The notes: generated by a model from the letters alone, not told the origin. Positions 10,905-21,052 are shown, numbered from the stretch's first letter. The stretch: DNA of 32,000 nt from Deinococcus radiodurans R1 = ATCC 13939 = DSM 20539 (GCF_000008565.1 NC_001263.1:1730603-1762602); one strand, 5' to 3'. Program-made: numbers and translations.

Positions 10905-12179
10905 TTACAGCACGCCCTGTTCGCGCATCGCCGTCGCCACTTTGACGAAGCCCGCAATGTTGGCGCCGTCGAGGTAGCTGACGTGGCGGTCCGGGCGGCG
11001 GCCATACTCCAGGCACGAATCGTGAATGGCCGACATGATGCTGCGCAGGCGCTGGTCCACTTCCTCGCGGGTCCAGGAGAGGCGCTGGGCGTTTTGCGAC
11101 ATTTCCAGGCCCGAGGTCGCCACGCCGCCCGCGTTGGTCGCCTTGCCCGGTGCGTAGAGCACGCCCGCTTCCTCGAAGGCCTGGATGGCTGCGAGGTCGC
11201 ACGGCATGTTGGCGCCCTCGGCCACCACGCGCACGCCGCCTGCAATCAAGGTGCGGGCGTCGTCGGCGCCGAGTTCGTTCTGGGTCGCGCAGGGAAGCGC
11301 CACATCCACCGGCACGTCCCAGGGGCGCACGCCGGGGCGGAACTCGGCGCCGACCTCGCGGGCGTAGTCCTCCACCCGGCCCCGGCGCTCGTTCTTGATG
11401 TCCATCAGGACGGCGAGCTTGTCGTAGGTAAAGCCGTCCTCGTCCACCACCGTGCCGCCCGAGTTGCTGGCGGTCAGCACGTGGGCGCCGAGGTGCAGCG
11501 CCTTTTCGATGGCGTACTGCGCCACATTGCCCGAGCCCGACACCGACACGCGCAGGCCCTCCATCTCCATCCTCTGGTCGCGCAGCATGTGCTCCACGAA
11601 ATACACCGTGCCGTAGCCGGTCGCCTCGGGGCGCAGCAGCGAGCCGCCGTAGCTCAGGCCCTTGCCGGTAAATACCCCACCCGCGTGGTTGGCGAGCTTT
11701 TTCATCATGCCGGCGAGGTAGCCGACCTCGCGCCCGCCCACGCCGATATCGCCCGCCGGAACGTCGGTGTCGGGACCGAGATGCCGCCACAGCTCGGTCA
11801 TCAATGCCTGACAAAAGCGCATGACCTCGCCGTCGGACTTGCCCTTGGGGTCGAAGTCGCTGCCGCCCTTGCCCCCGCCGAGCGGCAGGGTGGTGAGGGC
11901 ATTTTTGAAGGTCTGCTCGAAGGCCAGAAACTTGAGGATGCTGAGGTTGACGCTGGGGTGAAAGCGCATCCCGCCCTTGTATGGCCCGATGCTGGAACTG
12001 TGCTGCACGCGGTAGCCCCGGTTGACCTGCACCTGCCCGGCGTCGTCCACCCAGGTCACGCGGAAGCTGATGACGCGCTCGGGCTCGATAAGGCGCTCAA
12101 GCAGCGCGTGCTCGGCGTACTCGGGGTGCGCCTGCACAAAGGGCCAGATGCTGGTCATCACCTCGGTCACCGCCTGCAA
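10905..12179 (-). CDS. gdhA: NADP-specific glutamate dehydrogenase. This is the uninterrupted frame. A probable true ATG at 12234 is in another frame (see finding).
   Basis: ...SSIGPYKGGMRFHPSVNLSILKFLAFEQTFKNALTTLPLGGGKGGSDFDPKGKSDGEVMRFCQALMTEL...GANMPC... is near-collinear with E. coli GdhA. The track start at 12179 is a TTG. Confidence 0.9.
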   Translation of the reverse strand: MQAVTEVMTSIWPFVQAHPEYAEHALLERLIEPERVISFRVTWVDDAGQVQVNRGYRVQHSSSIGPYKGGMRFHPSVNLSILKFLAFEQTFKNALTTLPLGGGKGGSDFDPKGKSDGEVMRFCQALMTELWRHLGPDTDVPAGDIGVGGREVGYLAGMMKKLANHAGGVFTGKGLSYGGSLLRPEATGYGTVYFVEHMLRDQRMEMEGLRVSVSGSGNVAQYAIEKALHLGAHVLTASNSGGTVVDEDGFTYDKLAVLMDIKNERRGRVEDYAREVGAEFRPGVRPWDVPVDVALPCATQNELGADDARTLIAGGVRVVAEGANMPCDLAAIQAFEEAGVLYAPGKATNAGGVATSGLEMSQNAQRLSWTREEVDQRLRSIMSAIHDSCLEYGRRPDRHVSYLDGANIAGFVKVATAMREQGVL

Positions 12180-12328
12180 AAACTCGGGCTGGTGCGGGTT
12201 GCGGGCGGAACTGCGCGAGCTGGGTGCTGGTCATGGGGCCTTTAGCCTAAACGCTGCCCAGACAGGGCGCCGGGGGCCGGGATGCACAAGTCACCCTCGC
12301 CCCACCTGTCGCCGCTGTCCCCAAAACG

Positions 12329-13171
12329 TCAGCCGCTCACCGCTCCGCGCAGCGTCAGCACCGCTTTTTTGAGGTCGTCCGAGGGTTCGCCCCGCGCCAG
12401 AATCTCGCCCGTCGCCTTGCTCATCACGCGGGCCACGGCGCGGGGTTCGCCGCCCGGCCCCTGCTCGATGACGAGTTCGAGTTGCTGCTCGCCGTCCAGA
12501 TGCTCGGCGGCGTAGGCGATAAACCAGTCGGCCCAGTTCACCCGCTCGCGGGGCGGTTCCTGCGCTTTGGCCGCCTGTTTCTCGTGGTACGCCTGCGCCT
12601 TCTGGTTCACATGCTCGCGGATGACCTCGTAACGCTGCGGGGGCGAGAGCGTGCCCAGTTCCACTTCGGCGCCGCTTTCGGGGTGGTAGACGGTGGCGTC
12701 CGGCCCCAACTTGCGGACCACATTCGCCGTAATCCGCAGCTCCGGCGCGGCGCGTTCCTCCCAGGGGGCGAGGTCGTCCGATTCACTCTCGCGGCGCTCC
12801 TCCACCAGCCGGGCCACGAGCCGCTGCTGCTCGGGTTCGAGTTCTTCCACAATCCGGGCGGCGGGCCGGAAGCTGCGGGCCTGCGCCTCGTGCCGGGGGG
12901 AAATGCCGAGCGGTTCGAGTTGCTTGGCGACCTGCGCCGCGTCAATCAGACGGTCGGCCTGCCGCACCCCGAAGCCCCAGCGGTCTTGCAGGTACGCCTC
13001 GAAGGAGTCGTGCGTGGCGCGGTAGAGCTCGTTGTCCCGAATCTCGCTCAGGGCCTGCCCGGTGCGCTGAAAGTCGCGCAGGCCGCCCTCCACCGTCTGT
13101 TCGAGGTCATCTAAGCGCTGCTGCTCGTGCGGGGCGAGGGCCACGGGAAAAGGCAGGTCAAGGTCAGTCAT
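12329..13171 (-). CDS. Hypothetical protein (280 aa) with a possible ParB-type helix-turn-helix-like segment
   Basis: The ORF is 12329..13192. I prefer the ATG at 13171 (MTDLDLPFPV...). The segment ...LSEIRDNELYRATHDSFEAYLQDRWGFGVRQADRLIDAAQVAKQL...HEAQARSF... resembles DNA-binding regions seen in ParB-like and phage/plasmid proteins. This is pattern recognition only. Confidence 0.55.
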   Translation of the reverse strand: MTDLDLPFPVALAPHEQQRLDDLEQTVEGGLRDFQRTGQALSEIRDNELYRATHDSFEAYLQDRWGFGVRQADRLIDAAQVAKQLEPLGISPRHEAQARSFRPAARIVEELEPEQQRLVARLVEERRESESDDLAPWEERAAPELRITANVVRKLGPDATVYHPESGAEVELGTLSPPQRYEVIREHVNQKAQAYHEKQAAKAQEPPRERVNWADWFIAYAAEHLDGEQQLELVIEQGPGGEPRAVARVMSKATGEILARGEPSDDLKKAVLTLRGAVSG

Positions 13172-13706
13172 AGGCGTAGGGCAGCCTAACAAAGTGGGCA
13201 GCGGCGGCCTCTTTCAGGGAACCTCTCCCCTTTCCGAGCATGGTTCGCCAGGAGAGCATGACCTGGTTTTCGCCTTTTTCAGAAAGGGCCGCAACTCCGT
13301 CTCGTGACGGTCAATGTCACCGCTGAGGTGCAGTCTGTTCTTGCCTTGCAGGGTGATGGGCTGCTTCTCCGTGCCCCAGGGATTGCCGACGTTGATGTCC
13401 TTACCGTTGATACGGTTTCAAATTGAGTCCCGGACATGTCCGGGCGAAATTTTGCGCGGAGCGCATGGAAAAATACGGTTTTAAGGAGATGGCCGGGCAT
13501 CCGGTGCCTTTCCGGATGTTCGGGAATCGGATTAAAGCCGTATCAGACCCGCCTGTCGCCAGTGCCGCTTCCGCTGTTGTCTCTAGGGTTGTTACAAGAC
13601 TTTTCTTCGTGCCTGCCCCGGTGACGGCTGCCTCAAGGGCTCAGCAGCTTATGATAAAGACCAGCGCCCCCAACAACCCATTTTGGTGGGCAAGGAGGAT
13701 TTACCC

Positions 13707-16427
<2,721 letters not shown>

Positions 16428-16453
16428 GCGTAGACTTCAAGAAATAGAGCAGT

Positions 16454-16491
16454 AACAAGCCCCCGCCTGGGAAACTGGGCGGGGGCTTGTT
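16454..16491. terminator. Hairpin H1: terminator shared by acnA (+) and the AT-rich gene (-)
   Basis: A 14-bp perfect stem, AACAAGCCCCCGCC (16454-16467) / GGCGGGGGCTTGTT (16478-16491), encloses a 10-nt loop and is followed by ATTTATT. The stem core is identical to H2 and H3. Confidence 0.75.
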
Positions 16492-16493
16492 AT

Positions 16494-17498
16494 TTATTGC
16501 CCTGAATCTAATTTATTTAGCGCATTTTTCAGAAGAACAGTTTTTTGATATGCTGAAAATGAATTAAGTCTTGTGCCACTAACTGCGGAGTTATCATATC
16601 TGATAGCCTCAAAAACCTTTCCTATAATATCCCTAATCGGTTTTAGGGTTTCATCTAGACCCATGAGCATCTTGATTATTTCGGCCATCCCATCGTTCCT
16701 GTCTAAATATATCTGCCTATCGCAATTATTGATTATTGTACTCCAGACCGAATATGCTTCAGACGTATCGAACGGAACTATTAAATTATCTATATCCGCT
16801 TTTTCTGGGAAATGCAATTTATCGTAAAGAACGAGTATATGCTTACTATCAATGGGAAATACCATTTTCATTCCCATATTTGGCATGAATCCAATATCTC
16901 TTTTCAAAAGATAATGACTAAGCATAGGATTTTCACTATCAAAAGAGAAAACGACTGGATTATCACTTGTGAAAACAGTTTGCTCGCCCACCATTTCATA
17001 AATTATCCAAAAGCTAGACAAACAAACATTTAGGAATTTAGAGGATGTTTTCTTATCTATAAGGCCATATATTTGTGTCAATTTCTGAAAATCTGGATGC
17101 TGTGAATTTGAGGGGGTTCCTATCCCTGCCCTGAATTTCTCCGTTCTTATGAATTGGAGATACATATACCAAGCTATTGCAGGCTTCGCATTGTCAGGTA
17201 TTACCCTATTTTCTATAATAGCAGAGTCAATTATCTCTAGTGCTGCGTAAAACTTCTCCTCTTCTATCCTCAGAAGATTTTCAAGTCCATGCCTATCAAA
17301 TTCTGCAATACTCTCGTCTATTTCTGAATCATAAAACCCATCTCGCGATGATACTGTTTGGATTGGTACATTAAACGGTTGTTCAATATTTCTATCAACG
17401 ACCCAAATTCTTGCAACTTTTTTATTAGAATTAGGACTTTGAAACCGTCTTAAATAGCCCTGCGGGACATAATGTTGGCGTTTAATTCGCTCGCCCAT
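16494..17498 (-). CDS. DUF4238-like protein (334 aa) encoded in an AT-rich island; candidate single-gene defence protein
   Basis: The ORF is 16494..17504 with a GTG start. I prefer the ATG at 17498, which has TGATAAAAT (an extended -10) 6 nt upstream. The N-terminus has ...KRQHYVPQGYLRRF... and there is an internal ...VFTSDNPVVF..., the motifs I associate with Pfam DUF4238. The GC content is far below the flanks. Confidence 0.7.
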   Translation of the reverse strand: MGERIKRQHYVPQGYLRRFQSPNSNKKVARIWVVDRNIEQPFNVPIQTVSSRDGFYDSEIDESIAEFDRHGLENLLRIEEEKFYAALEIIDSAIIENRVIPDNAKPAIAWYMYLQFIRTEKFRAGIGTPSNSQHPDFQKLTQIYGLIDKKTSSKFLNVCLSSFWIIYEMVGEQTVFTSDNPVVFSFDSENPMLSHYLLKRDIGFMPNMGMKMVFPIDSKHILVLYDKLHFPEKADIDNLIVPFDTSEAYSVWSTIINNCDRQIYLDRNDGMAEIIKMLMGLDETLKPIRDIIGKVFEAIRYDNSAVSGTRLNSFSAYQKTVLLKNALNKLDSGQ

Positions 17499-17504
17499 AT
17501 TCAC

Positions 17505-17510
17505 ATTTTA
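17505..17510 (-). promoter_or_regulatory. Putative -10 (TAAAAT, with an upstream TG) for a leaderless transcript of the DUF4238-like gene
   Basis: The minus strand reads GCTTGATAAAATGTGAATATG, so 6 nt separate the -10 from the ATG. Confidence 0.45.
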
Positions 17511-17518
17511 TCAAGCTC

Positions 17519-17560
17519 AAAGCCCCCGCCTCTACTTCCCAATGGAGTGGGCGGGGGCTT
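17519..17560. terminator. Hairpin H2: terminator of the Uma2 gene and upstream boundary of the AT-rich cassette
   Basis: The stem is AAGCCCCCGCC (17520-17530) / GGCGGGGGCTT (17550-17560) with a 19-nt loop containing an inner CTCC/GGAAG pairing. The minus strand continues CTTTG. Confidence 0.6.
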
Positions 17561-17570
17561 GGTTTAGGGG

Positions 17571-18116
17571 TCAGAGCTGAGTGCCGTCGTAAAAATCTGC
17601 GAGATTGAGTGTGACGGCAGGACAAGGCAAATCGAAGGTTTCCCCCAGCACCTCAAACACCCACTCTTGGCCTTCTCTGCGCCAGATGGCGGCGCTGCGG
17701 CTGCGGCTGTCCACCAGCAGGTAGGCTTGCAGGCTGGGCAGCTCGCGGTAACGCTCGGCCTTATAGTTCTGGTCGGCCATACGGGTGCTTTCGCTCAGGA
17801 CTTCCACAATCAGACACGGCTCAGCTTCGGTGTAATCGTCGTCCTGTCCGCCTGCGCAGCTCACCACGAGGTCGGGGTAGTGATAGCGGGTGGGCGAAAC
17901 CCGGACCTTCATATCGCTCTGGTACACCTGGCACCCCGACTTGCGAGCGGCGGGGTGGAGCAGCACATGGATATTGCTGGTAATGACGTTGTGGGCGCGG
18001 CTGGCTCCGGCCTGGGCGTACAGAAAGCCGTCAATGTAGTCGTGCCGCGTGGGGTTATCCCGCTCTGAACGCAGGTAGTCCTCCACGGAAACTCGTTTGA
18101 AAGCAGGCCCGGTCAT
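17571..18116 (-). CDS. Uma2-family (DUF820) putative restriction-endonuclease-like protein (181 aa)
   Basis: ...RHDYIDGFLYAQAGASRAHNVITSNIHVLL...YHYPDLVVSC...PCLIVEVLSESTRMADQNYKAERYRELPSLQAYLLVD... carries the PD-(D/E)xK-like Uma2 pattern (PD...EVLS.sT...D...K...Y). Confidence 0.8.
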   Translation of the reverse strand: MTGPAFKRVSVEDYLRSERDNPTRHDYIDGFLYAQAGASRAHNVITSNIHVLLHPAARKSGCQVYQSDMKVRVSPTRYHYPDLVVSCAGGQDDDYTEAEPCLIVEVLSESTRMADQNYKAERYRELPSLQAYLLVDSRSRSAAIWRREGQEWVFEVLGETFDLPCPAVTLNLADFYDGTQL

Positions 18117-18122
18117 ACAGGT

Positions 18123-18128
18123 ATTTTA
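18123..18128 (-). promoter_or_regulatory. Putative -10 (TAAAAT) for a leaderless transcript of the Uma2 gene
   Basis: The minus strand reads TCTGCATAAAATACCTGTATG, so 6 nt separate the -10 from the ATG at 18116. Confidence 0.45.
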
Positions 18129-18138
18129 TGCAGACCAA

Positions 18139-18177
18139 AGCCCCCGCCCACTCCACTCAGGAGCGTCGGCGGGGGCT
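18139..18177. terminator. Hairpin H3: terminator of the P450 gene and upstream boundary of the Uma2 cassette
   Basis: The stem is AGCCCCCGCC (18139-18148) / GGCGGGGGCT (18168-18177) with a 19-nt loop containing an inner CTCC/GGAG pairing. It lies 13 nt downstream of the P450 stop codon. Confidence 0.6.
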
Positions 18178-18190
18178 GAAAGTTGGCCGC

Positions 18191-19528
18191 TCAATGCACC
18201 AGAAACACCGGGTTGTGCCGCACGGCGTTGACGCGCAATTGCAGCTTGTTGTCGAGGCTGGGGGTGGGCTTAGCGGTCTGCCGCAGGACGTAGTCGGGCT
18301 CCAGGCTCAGGTCCAGGGTCCGCAGCGCGGCGGCGGCGCCCAGCATGATCAGCCCTTCGGCCATGCCGCTGCCCGCGCAGGTGTGGCTGCCGACACCGAA
18401 GGGGGCGTAGGCGCCCGGCTGACGGTGCTCGGCGCGGCCCGGCGCAAAGCGGCCTGGGTCGAAGTGCTCGGGGTCGGGGAACAGTTCGGGCAGGCCATGC
18501 GGCACGGTGGTCCCGATGATGACGGGGGTGCCGGCGGGGATGCGGTGCCCGGCGAATTCCACGTCCTCGGTCAGCGTGCGGCTCAGGGCGGGGGCGATGG
18601 GATGGACACGCAGCGTTTCCATCACAAAGCGGTGCAGCAGCGGCGAGCGGCCCAGGGCCTCGGCGGTGGGGGGACCGTCCCTGAACAGCGCGTCGGCCTC
18701 GGCCCGCAGCGCCGGCAAAAATTCGGAATGCAGGTGCATCCGGTACAGGACGAAAGCGAGGCTGTTGGCCGCCGTGTCCATGCCCGCGATAAAGGCGCCC
18801 AGCGCGGCGAGGCGCACGTCGGGATGCTCCCAGCGCTCGGGGTTGACCTGCTGATCGGCCAGCACGTCGTCAATCAGGTCGGGGGCGCGTCCGCTCTTTT
18901 CCGGCGGGTTCTGGCGGTGGTCCTCGATCAGGTCGTCCACCATCTGAAAGATGCGGGCTTTGGCGCGGCGGTATTTGGGCAGCCGCAGCACGGCGGGGGG
19001 CAGTTGCCGGTTGACCGTGACCTGAAGGGCGGTCTGGATGAAGTGCAGCAGGTCAGGCAGGTAGGGCCGGACGGTGCCGCCCACCGCCATGCGTGCGAGC
19101 TGTTCGGTGATGGTTTTCTTGCACCAGGTCGCCACCGGCAGCACGTCACCGGGTTGGAAGGGAGCCAGGTCTTCAGCCAGCACCGCGAGCGCGGGCCGCA
19201 GCCCCGCCGCAAAGAACGAACGCGCGAAGGCGCGGCCCTCCACCCGGCGGTAAGCGCGGTGCTCGGCCCCGTCGAGGCTGATCATGGAGCGGTCACTGCC
19301 CATCTCGTGGTCATTGTCGCGCCACGCCTCCAGCGAGCGCAGCACCCGGTGGCCTTCCTTCATGGCGAACAGGTTGGCTTCGGGACCGGCGAGCACGGTA
19401 ATTTTCTGGCCCGGCACCGTGAGTTGAAAGACCGGGCCGTACGCCTGATAGCAGCGGGTGAGAAAGGGACGCAGTTTGATGGTCCCCATCTCCGCCGCGT
19501 GGCCGAGAAAGGGAGGAGCAGGTACCAC
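18191..19528 (-). CDS. Cytochrome P450 monooxygenase (445 aa)
   Basis: The Cys-ligand loop is FGVGSHTCAGSGMAEGL (FxxGxHxCxG), the I-helix is IAGMDTAANS, the K-helix ExxR is METLRVHP, and the N-terminus has PPFLGH. The start is the GTG at 19528, with an in-frame stop 11 codons upstream. Confidence 0.88.
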   Translation of the reverse strand: MVPAPPFLGHAAEMGTIKLRPFLTRCYQAYGPVFQLTVPGQKITVLAGPEANLFAMKEGHRVLRSLEAWRDNDHEMGSDRSMISLDGAEHRAYRRVEGRAFARSFFAAGLRPALAVLAEDLAPFQPGDVLPVATWCKKTITEQLARMAVGGTVRPYLPDLLHFIQTALQVTVNRQLPPAVLRLPKYRRAKARIFQMVDDLIEDHRQNPPEKSGRAPDLIDDVLADQQVNPERWEHPDVRLAALGAFIAGMDTAANSLAFVLYRMHLHSEFLPALRAEADALFRDGPPTAEALGRSPLLHRFVMETLRVHPIAPALSRTLTEDVEFAGHRIPAGTPVIIGTTVPHGLPELFPDPEHFDPGRFAPGRAEHRQPGAYAPFGVGSHTCAGSGMAEGLIMLGAAAALRTLDLSLEPDYVLRQTAKPTPSLDNKLQLRVNAVRHNPVFLVH

Positions 19529-19612
19529 CGGGACAGCAGAAGCAGAGGTCAGCCGACAATATTAACGTGTCTTAATGACCAGGCTCAGCAGCGCGGGGTG
19601 GGGCTGCTCGGG

Positions 19613-20938
19613 TTACGCGCCACGTGGCCGGCTGAGCACTTCAAGGTCGCCGAGAATAGCCGCCGCCGCCTTTTCCCCGCCTTCCAGGGCGCCCTGAATG
19701 CCGCTGAGCGAGTTGGCCTCACTCGCCAGAAAGACGTTCGGCAGCGGCGTCGTGTGGCCGGGGAGGGTGGCGGCGTACCCGGCGGGCTGCGGGAACTGGG
19801 TGTGAGGGATGCGGTCCACCGAGAGCAGGCGGAGCTGCTCCACGCCGCCTCCGTACCAGGGGCGCAGTTCGTCGAGGACCTGAGCACTCAGCGTGGCGTC
19901 GTCCACCTCGGGCACGCCCCAGACCGAGACGATGAGCAGGCCGTGACCAACAGGTACACGGTTGGGGAATTCCTCCTGCAACCAGAAGACCTGATTGAGC
20001 TGTCCGGTCGGCAGGGCGCCCAGTTGCAGCCGCCGCTGACGCTCCAGCGGTTCGGGCGCGGCGTAGTGCAGGTAGGTGCTGCCGAGGCTGCCGCGCGCGA
20101 TGGGCCGGGGAGCGCCGGGCTGCTCACCGACGAGCCGCGCCGCCGTGTTCGGGTCGGTGGCGACGATGACCTGCGCGGCGTGCAGCGTGTCGCCTGCCTC
20201 CGTCTGCACGCTCACGCCGTCCGGCCCGGAATGAATGTCCGTTACCGTCACGCCGAGGGTCACGTCCAGCTCCTGGGCGAGTTGCCGGGGCAGTTCGCTC
20301 ATGCCCGCGCGGGGAATGGACACGTCGCCGGTCAGCAGCATCCTGAAGTAGTAGCGAAACAGCCCGGCGCTCGTTTCCAGCTGGCGGTCGAGCACCAGCC
20401 CGCCGAAAAACGGGGTGAAGAAACGTTCGAGCGAGCGTTCGGAAAAGCCCTGTTCCAGCAGGTACGCGCGGGTGGTCTGGTCGGGGCCGTTCAGGAGTTC
20501 ATGGGCGGGCCGGGCGAGCAGTTCTGCCGCCAGTTTCGCCGCCACGACCCGGTCTTTCACTGTGAGCGCCGCCGCGCTCAGGTCACCGGGCAGCGCCGCC
20601 GGGTCGCGCAGGGGGTCGCCCACCAGTTCGGCCCGTCCGCCTTCCTGCCGCAGCACCGCCGAGGGCTTGAGCCGCACGAGGTCGAGGGCGTCGTAGTCGA
20701 ACTGCCGCCTGGCCGCCGGGTACGCCGTGAACATGCCAATAAAGCCCACGTCGAGCGTGTAGCTGTCCACCTGCTTGCTCCACACGCGCCCCCCCAGGTG
20801 CTGCGAACTCTCCAGCACCCGCACGGTTTTCCCCGCCCGCTGCAACGTGCGGGCGGCGGTCAGGCCCGCGAGTCCGGCCCCCACCACGATGATGTCGGCA
20901 CCCGTGCTCTCGGCGCCCCTGCTTCCGGTGAGTGTCAT
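19613..20938 (-). CDS. NAD(P)/FAD-dependent oxidoreductase of the amine-oxidase / phytoene-desaturase / protoporphyrinogen-oxidase superfamily (441 aa)
   Basis: The N-terminal dinucleotide fold is ADIIVVGAGLAGLTAARTLQRAGKTVRVLESSQHLGGRV. The C-terminus, ...VFLASEANSLSGIQGALEGG..., is typical of this superfamily. Confidence 0.8.
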   Translation of the reverse strand: MTLTGSRGAESTGADIIVVGAGLAGLTAARTLQRAGKTVRVLESSQHLGGRVWSKQVDSYTLDVGFIGMFTAYPAARRQFDYDALDLVRLKPSAVLRQEGGRAELVGDPLRDPAALPGDLSAAALTVKDRVVAAKLAAELLARPAHELLNGPDQTTRAYLLEQGFSERSLERFFTPFFGGLVLDRQLETSAGLFRYYFRMLLTGDVSIPRAGMSELPRQLAQELDVTLGVTVTDIHSGPDGVSVQTEAGDTLHAAQVIVATDPNTAARLVGEQPGAPRPIARGSLGSTYLHYAAPEPLERQRRLQLGALPTGQLNQVFWLQEEFPNRVPVGHGLLIVSVWGVPEVDDATLSAQVLDELRPWYGGGVEQLRLLSVDRIPHTQFPQPAGYAATLPGHTTPLPNVFLASEANSLSGIQGALEGGEKAAAAILGDLEVLSRPRGA

Positions 20939-21052
20939 AGGAGGCAGGGTAGGGCATGGAGCGGCGGGGGGCTGTCGCGGGTCATCCTTTCCTGAATGCC
21001 CTGTCCATGAAGGCTCTGTTTCCGAATGTCGTCTGCCGCTCGCCGGGTCGCT

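Noticed and set aside
10858-11814. The N-terminal 320 codons of the 593-aa track ORF 10033..11814.
   Set aside because: This part overlaps gdhA on the same strand in a different frame and is Arg/Gly/Pro-rich noise. The CoA-transferase homology begins exactly at the internal ATG at 10857 (MFQPLQGW...).
16440-18190. An IS element, integrase, Y1/HUH transposase or RAYT that could explain the hairpin-bounded cassettes.
   Set aside because: I read all six frames. Only the DUF4238-like and Uma2 ORFs are present, and the small + strand ORFs 16573..16827 and 16812..17033 are AT-rich antisense noise. The mobilising enzyme, if any, is not in this window, so I do not call a mobile element.
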